From Octopus sinensis (Eukaryota): DNA of 58,030 nucleotides. The notes beneath the pieces are model-generated. The model ran no database searches. It had not been told where the DNA came from and saw nothing but the letters and a program-made list of their open reading frames with translations. Where the stretch lies: assembly GCF_006345805.1 (NCBI RefSeq), contig NW_021833684.1:1-58030 (forward strand), given 5' to 3'. Both the position numbers and the translations under genes were made by a program. This document shows positions 12,110 to 24,032 of this stretch, piece after piece (position 1 is the stretch's first letter; every line of letters starts with the position of its first letter).

Positions 12110-12560
12110 GGGGGGGGGGGTCGATTACACCAACCCCAGTACTCAACTGGTACTTATTTTATCGACCCCGAAAGGATGAAAGGCAAAGTCGACCACAGTG
12201 GAATTGACCCCGAAAGGATGAAAGGCAAAGTCGACCACAGTGGAATTTGAACTCAGAACGTAAAGCCGGACGAAATACCGCTCATCATTTTGTCCGGCGT
12301 GCTAACGATTCTGCTGGTTCGCCACGCCTTGAACCAGAAGAAATATCGCAAGGCATTTTGACACAAGATCAGCATCTTTGAAGGGAGGGGCTTGGTCGAT
12401 GCCATCATCCTCAGTACATGACTGGTAGTTTATTTTATCAAGCCAGAAAGGATGAAAGATGAAGTTGATCTCGACGAAGTTTGAACTCAAAATATAAAAA
12501 TGCCAGAAGAAATGTTTCAAGGTCATTCTTTCCGACACTCCGACAATTCTGCCATGTCGA
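12110..12560 (-). mobile_element. Two SINE family A copies; the first has an internal 42-bp tandem duplication
   Basis: gaccccgaaaggatgaaaggcaaagtcgaccacagtggaatt repeated twice at ~12164-12247; matches 35504-35736. Confidence 0.75.
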
Positions 12561-12599
12561 CGCCCTAATTGTTGTAATAATTAATAAAGGGTTACTTAC

Positions 12600-12660
12600 A
12601 CCATATTTGCATGGTAATAATAAGGATTCTCTTCTGGGTCCCATGAGGTGATACCGCTGC
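12600..12660 (-). CDS. Notum: Notum coding exon 4
   Basis: ttcccag|GC AGC GGT ATC...ATG GT|gtaagt = (G)SGITSWDPEENPYYYHANM(V); 61 nt. Confidence 0.94.
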
Positions 12661-13952
12661 CTGGGAACGAAACAAAACCAAAAAAAAATCAGTGACTTTA
12701 AAATGAATAACGAAAAAGAAACGAAACGAAAATTGCGTTTATGAAGAGATTCTGAGACGAATATGATTGAGGCAGAAAAAGGTGCGATCACCGGTACCGA
12801 ATGCACCCCGACCTTCTTCGTTGCCCTGACATTGGTATATTCCTTCCCTTCTTACTCACCTCCCATTCTCTCGAGTTCTTCACATAACTGGTTTTACTGC
12901 GTTACTACCTCCCCATGAATATCTATGTGCCAGATGGCCCCCTGCCGGCAAAACTGACGGCTAATTGTAGTGTTTCATATATATAAATATGGATGGTAAA
13001 TCAAATTGATACACTTGTCAATGTTATCTGGTGGTTGTCTTTTGAGATGTGACATCGATCGTCGTTTGTAACCGAAAGTACTCTGCTTCATACACACAAA
13101 CATTCACATACTTCCCTTGTACACGCACACATACACACATATACTCACACAGAGTTGAAACGCTGTTTGATTTTTCTTTTCAGCGTTGAATGTTCACCAA
13201 CCCACTTCCATTGCACACACACACACACAAACACACACACACATACTCAAACAAAGTTGAAACGCTCCCACTACCAGTTTGTCATCACCCCTTCCTTCGC
13301 TATTCATCTATCACCCCTTCCTTTCTCTTCGAATGTGGTGACGGAGAAAGACACAAGAATATTATATGTAGGTATGTACGTACGTACACACATACGCATG
13401 CATAAAAAACAAAAACCAAGTTCCCACCCGAGCCTTAGGTAATGGGGGAGAATCTACTTTTGTAATATTCTTTTACAATTTTTTAAAATAGAATTTAAGG
13501 AGAATTTGGTTGTTATTTCTAGCAGAACGAACCTCCACATAGAGACTACGTCGTTGGCGGGAAGATGCCGATGGTAGTGGTAGTGGTGGTGGAGGTTGTG
13601 GTGGTGGTAGGTTATAGGAGGGGGGTGAGGGATGTGAAACGCTCCACATGTTAGGTGTAGCGTGAAAATACCTCAGCTGTGACGGGAAGGGCTTTTCTCC
13701 TCCCTCCCCCCACCACCATTAAACAATCACATTTAGATAAGAGAAAGTGTGCGGTGGCGGTGGTGGGGGGGAGGGAGGGAGGGGGAGGAAGGCCAAGGGA
13801 CGTTTCACGTTAACTCGCTAAATATCTTTTCTTTTTCACTGTGTTAATTAAAGCATAAGCAGTAATTAACTGCGGTTACGTGTGGGGGAAGAAGAGGAGG
13901 TGGGCAGGGTTGGTGTGAGGGTGTTGTTAGAACAGTTGCCATCAGTGTGTGC

Positions 13953-14000
<48 letters not shown>

Positions 14001-14047
14001 GTATGTGAATGTGTGTGAGCGAGTGAGTGACATGTAAAGATAATATA

Positions 14048-14423
14048 CTTTTCTACACTAGGCACAAGGTCCGAAATTTGGGGGCAGGGAAGGGCCAATT
14101 GATTAGATCGGTCCTAGTACGGAACTGGTACTTAATTTTTTGACCCCCGAAAGAAATTTGAACTCAGAACATAAAGACAGACGAAATACCTATTTCTTTA
14201 CTACCAACAAGGGGCTAAATATAGAGGGGACAAAGAAGGACAGACAAACGGATTAAGTCGATTATATCGACCCCAGTGCGTAACTGGTACTTAATTTATC
14301 AACCCCGAAAGGATGAAAGGCAAAGTCGACCTTGGCTGAATTTGAACTCAGAACGTAAAGACAAACGAAATACCGCTTAAGCATTTCGCCCGACGTGCGA
14401 ACGTTTCTGCCACCTCGCCGCCT
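14048..14423 (-). mobile_element. Dimeric SINE family A element
   Basis: Two family A bodies joined by gacgaaatacc|tatttctttacta; the same junction recurs at ~26160-26185. Confidence 0.7.
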
Positions 14424-14495
14424 TACGGGGGACAATATCTCTTCACCTTTATATGCGAGTAGCAGCCGATCCGGATGAAGCATCCGTCCACATAG

Positions 14496-14645
14496 AGGCG
14501 CAGGCATGACTGTGTGGTAAGAAGTTGGCTTCCAAACACATGGTTCCGGGTTCAGTCCCACTACATGCCACCTTGAGCAAGTGCCTTCTCTCATAGCTCC
14601 GGGCCGACCAAAGCCTTGTGAGTGGATTTGATCGACGGAAACTGC
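14496..14645 (+). mobile_element. SINE family B 5' half
   Basis: aggcgcaggcatgactgtgtggtaagaag...ggttcagtccca...gtgagtggattt. Confidence 0.75.
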
Positions 14646-14681
14646 TATTACTACACAGTGTCACATATACATTCAGTAATG

Positions 14682-14724
<43 letters not shown>

Positions 14725-15314
14725 CAAACTATTACACACAGGTATACACACAAAGGTAAATACGCAAACCACACACATGTACACACTCATAAATACACAC
14801 ACACACACATCAAAGCACAACTTCTTTATACACAATCACCATTTCTACTCGCACACATACAGACATACATACAAACACATACTGATACACACACATAGAC
14901 ACACACATACAGACGCACACAAATATAAAACCCCGTCATTAAGTCCACGCACGACTCCATGATTTGACTCTAAGGAATAATGAATAAATAAATAAAGCAG
15001 AAAAACGATAGCAAATATAAAAAGCATGAAAAATAAACATACAACAACAATAAAAATATAACAACAAATACAAAAGCCACCACCACCACCACCACCACCA
15101 CCACCTCCACCTTGGGCCGCGAATCAAGGAGCAACGAACGCTGTTTCTCTTTAAAGTCGCCATTGCTGTTCAGAAGCGCCATCAACGCACGTTACAAGCA
15201 TATCTGGTTTCCTGGAATAACTGGTCCGAACATTATTGCCGAAAGTGATGTCTGTCTGTCTTCAGCTGTAGATTGTCTATTGGAGAGGGGTGGTCAGGCT
15301 AGTTGACAATATTA

Positions 15315-15625
15315 AGCGTAGCTTTGTGGTAAAAGGTTTGCTTCTCAAACCACATGGTTCCAGGTTCAGTCCCACTGCGTGGTACCTTGGGCAAGTGTCT
15401 TCTACTTTGGCTTCGGGTTGTGAGTGGATTTGGTATATGGAAACTGAAAGAAGCCTTCACATACTAGCATTGGTGTGTTTAAGTCCCCGTCAGCTAGCGG
15501 TTCGTCAAAACGCCTGGATAGAATAAGTACCAGGCTTTTGGGGAAAAAAATACTGTAGTCAATTTGTTCAACTGAAATTCTTCAAGACATTGCCCCACCA
15601 TGGCCGCAGTTTAATGATTGAAATA

Positions 15626-15630
<5 letters not shown>
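15315..15630 (+). mobile_element. SINE family B, diverged copy
   Basis: Head and tail (catggccgcagtttaatgattgaaa) match the family consensus seen in this window. Confidence 0.7.
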
Positions 15631-15661
<31 letters not shown>

Positions 15662-15753
15662 AATCCCAAAATAGAACAAACACAAAAAACAACAACGTGA
15701 GGATGTGGTATATGTAAAGTATTAGCAGAAGCTCAGGGAAGGAAAGAAAAATG

Positions 15754-15788
15754 GTTTAACGTTTCGAGCAAAGCTCTTCTTCAGAAAC
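15754..15788 (-). ncRNA. Minimal type-I hammerhead ribozyme motif in a Penelope-like remnant
   Basis: Minus strand GTTT-CTGAAGA-A-GAGC ttt GCTC-GAAA-C-G-T-T-AAAC: stem I GTTT/AAAC, CUGANGA and GAAA cores, 4-bp stem II, palindromic ACGT stem III, GUU cleavage triplet. Confidence 0.6.
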
Positions 15789-15859
15789 AGAGGAAAGTCC
15801 AATAGAAAAGGAAGACAAAAGAGAAAAAATCACCAATGGTTCACATGTCGTTACATTTT

Positions 15860-16200
15860 GAAATGTCATCGTCATCACCATCATCATTATCATAAGCATC
15901 ATCGTCGTCACTATGAGCATCATCACCGTCATCATCACTATCATCTGTGCCGTCATCATCATCAGCAGCAGCATCGTCGTCGTCATCATCATCGGTGCTT
16001 TCGTATTTATCATCATCGCCACTGCCACCACCACAATTACCACCACCATCATCATCGTCGTCGTCGTCGTCGCTTTTATATTCAGCATCATCGGTATTTT
16101 AATATTCATCATCAACATCGCCACCCACCACCACCGCCACGACCACCACCACAATCATCATCGTCGTCTTCGTCATATTCATCATCGCCATTCTACCACC
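15860..16200. repeat. Degenerate (CAT/CGT/CAC)n trinucleotide tract
   Basis: Directly visible; source of the spurious poly-His, poly-Ile and poly-Met ORFs. Confidence 0.9.
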
Positions 16201-16357
16201 GTTGGTTAATTTAATAGTCTATATAATATAACGCTTTTGAATGTATATCCCCTTTGAAATTTGATGTAAGATGGGAGGAACCGGGGGGGAAGAAAAGGTG
16301 TTAGCATATGGTGGGTGTTAAAGAGAGATTCAATATGGCGTGGAGAGGTGTTATCAC

Positions 16358-16414
16358 CATCAAAGATGGCGGCAGCGAAATAAAGATAACAACGGTTCAG
16401 TGAAAGATGGCGGC
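16358..16414. promoter_or_regulatory. Candidate intronic Wnt-response element (TCF HMG site with adjacent GCCGCCA Helper-like sites; also YY1/Pho-like)
   Basis: CATCAAAG-A-TGGCGGC at 16358-16373 and TGAAAG-A-TGGCGGC at 16401-16414, in non-repetitive sequence. Confidence 0.35.
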
Positions 16415-18059
16415 GGTGGGACCATATACGCTACTCAAGTCGCCTCTCAGGAAATGTAAGGTTGTATAGAATCTTGTTTTCTCTTTGGGGCGCGCGGTAC
16501 CACAGTACCCCCATTATGCTGCGGTCTGTGTGATATAGAATACGTGGCATGCACATGTATAATTATAATTATTATCCAGATTATTTTGATGTTTCTTTGG
16601 GGTTTGGGCGGGGTTTGCTTTGTTTTTAAAGCTTCACATAAATCATTTTCTTGTCCCGAGGTGAGGTGAGAGCGGAGTATACAGCAGGAGGTATGGATAT
16701 GTATGTATATACGACGAAAGGCGTGTGTGTATACACATACATACGAACATTATATATGTATATATGGAGGGATGAAAGGAGTAGAGAAATAGAACATAGA
16801 AAACGAGTAGGTTTATAGTTATGTGTCTCAATGTAGCCGTACACCAATTACTGAATATATGCTATATATATATATATATATATATATAGGGTGCACCCGC
16901 ATGGCCGCAGTCAAATGACTGAAACAAGTAAAAAAATAAAGGTAATATATATTGGTTTTTTGTTATAGTCAAGTCACAGATTGACCATCGGTTTCGCACC
17001 TATAAAGCGCTTAGTTGTATAGGCAACTCGTCAGACTGAAATGGCCGGAGACACATAACCTCTCTACAACCGGAGGGAGAAGAAATATGTGTGTGTGTGT
17101 GTGTGAAAGCGATATAGTAACGATTTCTGATTCAGGAACAAAGGCAGCCACTTTGATGGAGGGTGATTTTGTCAATTACCATCCACATACCCCACTTCCC
17201 ATGGGGATGAAGATCAGAGTCGTGCCCGTCGGAATTTTGAACTCGGAACGTAAAGAGCCAAAAGAAATATTGCAAGGCATGCTGTCCGACGTTCTAACGA
17301 TTCTAGCGACGCTAATCTTGCCCGAGGTACCACGTAGTCAGATGAAACCCAGAGCCACGGCACGGTAAATAAGAACTCAACACCATGACCACTACCACCA
17401 CCACCATCAAGACGATGAGCCAACGAAAGAGCCATATGCGGTCCCTCGCTCTTCCGGAAATAGCAGCCAAATCGCCTCGTCCAGACGTTGAAAAATTGTA
17501 AAAGGAACTGGAAAATGTAGTGCCAGGCGGAATGGTCACGGTTGGAATGTATTTGGTAAGTCCGCTGGATCATGGCGAACTTGGCTTAAACTGCTAACAC
17601 TACCACCACTACCATCACTGCTACCACCACCAGCACGGTCACTGAAGCTGTTTTGAAATGATGACACGTACAGCTGGATGCTGGCAGGAATTGTGATGAC
17701 AGGATTCTAAGTAACAGTTACTGCGAATGATTGGTCGTTGAAAGGATGAGTTGAGAGAGGGGGAGAGAGAGAGAGAAAAGAGGGGAGAATGGAAGGAAAG
17801 ACAGAGAGAGGGGGAGAAGAACGACGCGAGTTGGAAATGGACAAAGAGAATGGTGTTGGATGAGAAAGAATGAAGAGAGAGGAAGCTGGAGAAATAATTG
17901 ATGGACAGAGATTGAGAGAAGAGAGACATATAAATGGATGGAGAGAGGAAGAGAAAGAGAGAGAGAGAGAAATAGCAGAAAAGGGAGTGAGAGGTGAAAG
18001 GAGTGAAAAGATGGAAAGAGAGCCGTCAGATTAGATCTCAAAAATAAAGTTAAAAAAAA

Positions 18060-18255
18060 AAAGGTAAAATAATCCAGGATCCTTGTCCGGTACCGGATCG
18101 ATCCCAGAATCTAATCATTTCGTGCCAGTGACGAGGCCAAACATCCCTGAAAGTTTCATCCGAATCCATCCAACGGTTCTTGAGATATCTTGTCCACAGA
18201 CAAACAAACAATACTGAAAACAATACTCCCGCCTTAATGAAGGCAGAAGTAATAA
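18060..18255 (+). mobile_element. Non-autonomous Helitron/Helentron-like element (3' part)
   Basis: ...aaagtttcatccgaatccatcc...acagacaaacaaac...aaaacaatactccccgccttaatgaaggcagaagtaat, with a short terminal hairpin typical of such elements. Confidence 0.45.
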
Positions 18256-18294
18256 TAATTATTTAATGAATGACATCGTCATGTCGAGGCTTAC

Positions 18295-18390
18295 CTTTTT
18301 TAACTTCCGGCCAGTGTTTTGAGCTCATGTAAGGTTTCATGGTTACCCATCGGCTTTGGCAGCTGTGCTTATCGAAACAATACCAACCAT
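18295..18390 (-). CDS. Notum: Notum coding exon 3
   Basis: tctctttcag|AT GGT TGG TAT TGT...AAA AAA G|gtaagc = (D)GWYCFDKHSCQSRWVTMKPYMSSKHWPEVKK; 96 nt, phase 1-1. Confidence 0.94.
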
Positions 18391-18506
18391 CTGAAAGAGA
18401 ACAAATCATATTGTTTACAGCAGATTTTAAAGAAGCAATGTCTGCGAGTATCTTCAGTTTTTCATCAGCGACAAAATATTTTCTTCATTTATTTTTTCTT
18501 CATTAC

Positions 18507-19005
<499 letters not shown>

Positions 19006-19141
19006 AATGTAATGTAATGTTATGTAATGTAATATAATATAATATAATATAATAAATATCAGTGTGTCACACTTTTTAAACTTTACTCCAAGAGGCCGTA
19101 GCCCCAACACATCAGACCATTTGGGAATCAGACTGACTCTG

Positions 19142-19182
<41 letters not shown>

Positions 19183-19196
19183 TAATAATAATAATA

Positions 19197-19249
<53 letters not shown>

Positions 19250-19271
19250 TAATAATAATAATAATAATAAA

Positions 19272-19824
19272 ATGCCCTGATGCAGTACCAGGCAGTGGCT
19301 CTCATGGCTCTGATCTTAACTGATTGGAAGTGTTATCATGTACATTGTTTTGTCTTGGTATAAAAGATGGGCTACAGCAAATATTCTGCTCAATACCACA
19401 GATTTGCTTGTCAGTTGTTTGACCTTAACCAGTTGACCATGTCCCTTACTGGCTGACGATATGTGCATCTCTGATCACGAGCAGAAGTAGTGGGGGAGCA
19501 TCATAGCCATGTGTTGAGAGGATTCTTTGGGGTTTGAATAATTCACCTCTGGAACATGGGTGGTTCTTTCAACATCCTTAAACAACCCTTATTCGGGGAC
19601 CTTTTGAGCGGGATGGGCTACTCAACCTGAAGAAAATTCTAACTGGGCCCCACCTGCAAGGTCATGTGCTGTTTATCTTGATATGAAATTACCATGTCGC
19701 GCTCATATGGTTGTGATGCATGTGCCTAGTGCACCCTTATCAGACGGGTAGTCATGATGGGTATATTGGGCTTCGTATATTTTACCCCAGTGTCACTTTG
19801 ATGGCATGCACTGCTCTCTCACTC
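19272..19824. mobile_element. ~555 bp interspersed repeat embedded in (AAT)n, copy 2
   Basis: Highly similar to 5761-6316, same orientation, (AAT)n on both sides. Confidence 0.85.
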
Positions 19825-20227
19825 AATAATAATAATAATAATAAATGCCAAAACGAATTTCGGTGTGTCAGTGTATCACATTTTGACCCCCCTCTCTCGC
19901 TATTCAATGACACTTCCACTATTCCTCGTGATGGGATGAGAGTAATAGTAAGCATAGAGACGGTAGTAGATTGATGGTTGTGATGGTAATGGGGTGATAG
20001 TAAAAGCATGAGCTGTTGTTGTGATAGAGGTGGAGGCGACGGTGATGATGATGGTGGTGGTCAGTCAGGGATGACGGTGATAATAAGCGATGTAAAAGAC
20101 AGTGGTGATGGTGGTGGAGGGGAAGGTGTCGAAGACAAAGGTATTGAAGATGGTGGCATCAGAAGTCTGAATGGTGTGTGTATGGCAGTTATGGTACTGG
20201 TGATTGTGATGGTTGAAAACAATCAAC

Positions 20228-20297
<70 letters not shown>

Positions 20298-20434
20298 GAG
20301 AGGGAGAGAGAGAGAGAGAAAGAGGGAGATAAAATGTTGGCAATACATAAAATGTTGTTTATCATGCAGCTTTGCAATAAGTTCCAAGTTGACAATTTAT
20401 ATCATTTGATGAAAACTGTTCATTGCTTGAAAAA

Positions 20435-20846
20435 TATTCTTTTATTCTTTTATTCTTTTACTTGTTTCAGTCATTTGACTGCGGCCATGCTGGAGCATCG
20501 CCTTTAGTCGAGCAAATCGACCCCGGGACTTATTCTTTGTAAGCCCAGTACTTATTCTATCGGTCCCTTTTGCCGAACCGCTAAGTGACGGGGACGTAAA
20601 CACACCAGCATCGTTTGTCAAGCAATGCTAGGGGGACAAACACAGACACACAAACACACACATACATATATATACATATATACGACAGGCTTCTTTCAGT
20701 TTCCGTCTACCAAATCCACTCACAAGGCATTGGTCGGCCCGGGGCTATAGCAGAAAGACACTTGCCCAAAGTGCCATGCAGTGGGACTGAACCCGGAACC
20801 ATGTGGTTGGTTAGCAAGCTACTTACCACACAGCCACTCCTGCGCC
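20435..20846 (-). mobile_element. Full-length young SINE family B
   Basis: Minus strand ggcgcaggagtggctgtgtggtaagtagc...ccgggttcagtcccactgc...catggccgcagtcaaatgactgaaacaagtaaaagaataaaagaata; tRNA-like head and (AAAAGAAT)n tail. Confidence 0.85.
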
Positions 20847-21345
20847 TATTGTTCAAGTTTAATAAAATTTAATTTGTACTCAATGCAAGAAGTGCCATTA
20901 TTAGGTCCAAGGCCCAATGAAGAAACGTCCACAGGAACTTGCTCAAAAGCCTAAACTAGTATATATATATATATATATTCGTAGATCAGTGCTTGACCTG
21001 GGGCTAAACAACAAAGGACCATAAGATCATCAATAGCAACAGCAGTAACAACAACAACTACTACAACAGCAATAACAAACAGCACGAGCAGCGGCAGCAA
21101 CGACTGCAAGTGTAAAGCCATCAACAGCAACAACAACAGCAACGAACTATATCGGAGAATAGTTGAACCTTTAAAGGTTTTATATATAAATATAAACACA
21201 CACACACACACACTGCTGCCTGTTTGAGTGTGTGTAAGTGTTTGTGTGTTTATATATATATATATATATATGTACACACACACACACTTACACACACACA
21301 ACACACACACACACATACACACACACTTATATATATATATTATAT

Positions 21346-21392
<47 letters not shown>

Positions 21393-21829
21393 CCAGCGTT
21401 GTGCCCTTGTTTCAACCCCTCACCCACGTCTCTCTGACTTCACTCTGCCCCGCTCTCTTCCATGTCTGACTAGCACGTTCTTGAAAGGGGTCAGTGCACT
21501 ACAGTCGGCGGGGTGGTGGGGGAGGGACGATTCCATCCCTACGCCTCACCCCCACTCCCCCGTCACTACTAGTAGAGAGAGTGAGAGAGAGAGAAAGGGT
21601 GAAGGATGGAGGTAAAAGGGGTGGGTGGGCGGCCTTAATACTGAAACGTTGATCAAAGTAACCGTCGAAACAGATGGCGGCGGCGGCGGTGGAGGTGGTA
21701 GTGGTGGTGATGGGAGAGAGAGAGAGAGAGAGAGAAGGAAAGATTGGAGTGCAGGTGGGTGGGTGGGTGGTTTTGGCTGAGCAGGAAGAGGAGGGTGGTG
21801 CGTTGTTATGTGTTGTGGTGCGCATGCTG

Positions 21830-22340
21830 TGCATGTGTATGTGTGTGTGTGTTGCTAGCTGTTGCATGTTATATGTTTGTGTGTGTGTATGTGTGTGTGT
21901 TATGTGTGTGTGGTGTGTGTTATGTGTGTGTGGTTTATGTGTGTGTGTGTGTGTGTGTGTTATGTGTGTGAGTGTGTGTGTGTGTTATGTGTGTGTGTGT
22001 ATGTGTGTTATGTGTGTGTGTGTGTGTGTTATGTGTGTGAGTGTGAGTGTGTGTGTGTTGTGTGTGAGTGTGTGTGTGTGTGTGTGTGTTATGTGTGTGT
22101 GTGTGTATGTGTGTGTTATGTGTGTGTGTGTGTTTTATGTGGGAGTGTGAGTGTGTGTGTGTGTTATGTGTGTGAGTGTGTGTGTGTTATGTGTGTGTGT
22201 GTATGTGTGTGTTATGTGTGTGTGTGTGTGTGTGTTATGTGTGTGAGTGTGTGTGTGTGTGTGTTATATGTGTGTGTTATGCGTGTGAGTGTGAGTGTGT
22301 GTGTGTGTTATGTGTGTGTGTGTGTTGTGTGTGTATGTGC
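21830..22340. repeat. Complex (GT)n satellite punctuated by TTAT and GA variants
   Basis: About 500 nt of gtgtgt..gttatgtgtg units. Confidence 0.9.
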
Positions 22341-23275
22341 ATGTGGCCATATGATATTATGGTGCGTGTCTATCTATGCATAATTGCTGTGTTTGTTGTT
22401 ACACATCTATTTTCGCCTAATTAAGTTCCAGCTTTCCCCCCACACACACACACACACTATCGCCCTTTCTCCATCTATATAACTCTCCCTCTCTCACTCT
22501 TGCTGTCCCTTTCTCTCTTCTTCCCTCTCTCCTTGCTCCTCTTTCTTCCCCCTCCCTCTCACTGATTGCATGAAAACGCATGAGCCATAAAATATGGTTG
22601 TTGTTGTTGTTTTTGCTGTCGTTGCTAATGACGATAATGCTTGTGTCTTTAATGGCGGTGGTGGTGGTGTTAGCGTTTTATTTACAAATTCCACTTGCGA
22701 CAAAGAACGGAAAAGCCTGCCCGTTAGCCCCCATCATTACCCACCACCACCACCACCACCACCACCACCACACTTCTGATGGCTGATTCTGAGACGAAGT
22801 GGAGGAGGGCGGACGAATGGGTTGCCGGTGGAAAGGATAAAAGTTAGTTACCGCCGTTTTTTCCCCTTCTTCTTCTCCCTTTCCTTTCAAAGTCCCTTCA
22901 CACAGTCTTTCTTTAATGGCAACAAGTTGACAACAGACACAAATTACTCAAGTTTAAGACACTCACAGTCGTAAATAAGGCTTGATCTTGCTTTCCGAGT
23001 TCCAAATACCTTTTACTGACTGACAGCAACCCCACCTCTGTCACCCTCACCTCTACCCCGTATCTTTCTTCACTCGCTCCAATTTAGACCTTCATTTTAG
23101 AACGCCGATGTAACCCCCCTACCATCGGCACCCAACACAGCTCACCTTTTTTCATTTACCTTTGTACATGTTTTTTTTTTCTTTGCGTTTGTCAGCGACT
23201 AAATTATTGCGAAATATTAATGGAGATCGTTCTGATGCAAAGATTTTCTTTTAAATTGAGATTGCAAGCATTTTA

Positions 23276-24032
23276 TGGGTCCAAGCCTCTGGTGCAAGGC
23301 TGGAAATATTTTCGGATCAGCTCTTTGGTGTAACAGTCGTTGAACCTCTTGTTCTGGTTCACTCGGAGCCCCCCAGAGAACCACAAGACGGAAGATCCGA
23401 GACTGAACACCTGTCACCAGGAATCAATTCAGAGACCGACAAGTTTGTGTATCTTGGCAGCATCGTCTCAGAGACGGGTGGAACAGAGGAGGATGTGAGA
23501 TCCAGCATCGGCAAGACCTGGTGTGTTTTCAACGGTCTTCGATTGGTCTGGAACTCCAAAACTATCTCACTCAAAACAAAACTCTGCACCATCAATTCTA
23601 AGGTCAAGGACGTTTTTCCTTAATGGTCAGAAACTTAAAGGGTCACTAAAACCATAAAGAATTAGCTATAGCCCTTCGTCAACAAATGTCTGCACTACAT
23701 TCTGGAGTGGCCGGAGAAAATTTCAAACGGATGTCTTTGGAATTGGATGAACCAAACACCCATCAATGAAGAAATTTTGAAAAGGAAATGGAATTGGATC
23801 GGTGATACTCGGAGACTTCCAGACAGCGTTGCAAGAGAAGTGTTAGACTAGAAACCTGAAAGAAAGAAGAAAGTCGAGCGACCTAGGAAAATCTGGAAAG
23901 GATGCGAGGAGGATGAATCGAAAGCAATTGGCCTGAAATCCAAGAGATAGCCCAAGATCGCATCCACTGACATGGAATGGTCGCGGTCCTATGCTCCTTA
24001 CGGAGTCATGTGGACTAATTAACGAATTGGTG
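23276..24032 (+). mobile_element. Decayed 5'-truncated RTE-clade LINE with 19-bp target-site duplication
   Basis: Translates (with stops) DKFVYLGSIVSETGGTEEDVRSSIGK..VFNGLRLVWNSKTISLKTKL...FVNKCLHYIL..ISN..LW...KRKWNWIG...RPRKIWK, the RTE reverse transcriptase C-terminal pattern. tgagattgcaagcatttta flanks it at 23257-23275 and 24033-24051. Confidence 0.85.

Noticed and set aside
15756-16214. His-rich, Ile-rich and Met-rich ORFs
   Set aside because: Translations of a degenerate (CAT)n microsatellite that is open in several frames; no splice or homology support.
19075-19150. YYIRVSLIPKW segment resembling Notum exon 2
   Set aside because: The YY comes from (TAT)n; there is no acceptor, no FLE motif and no suitable donor.
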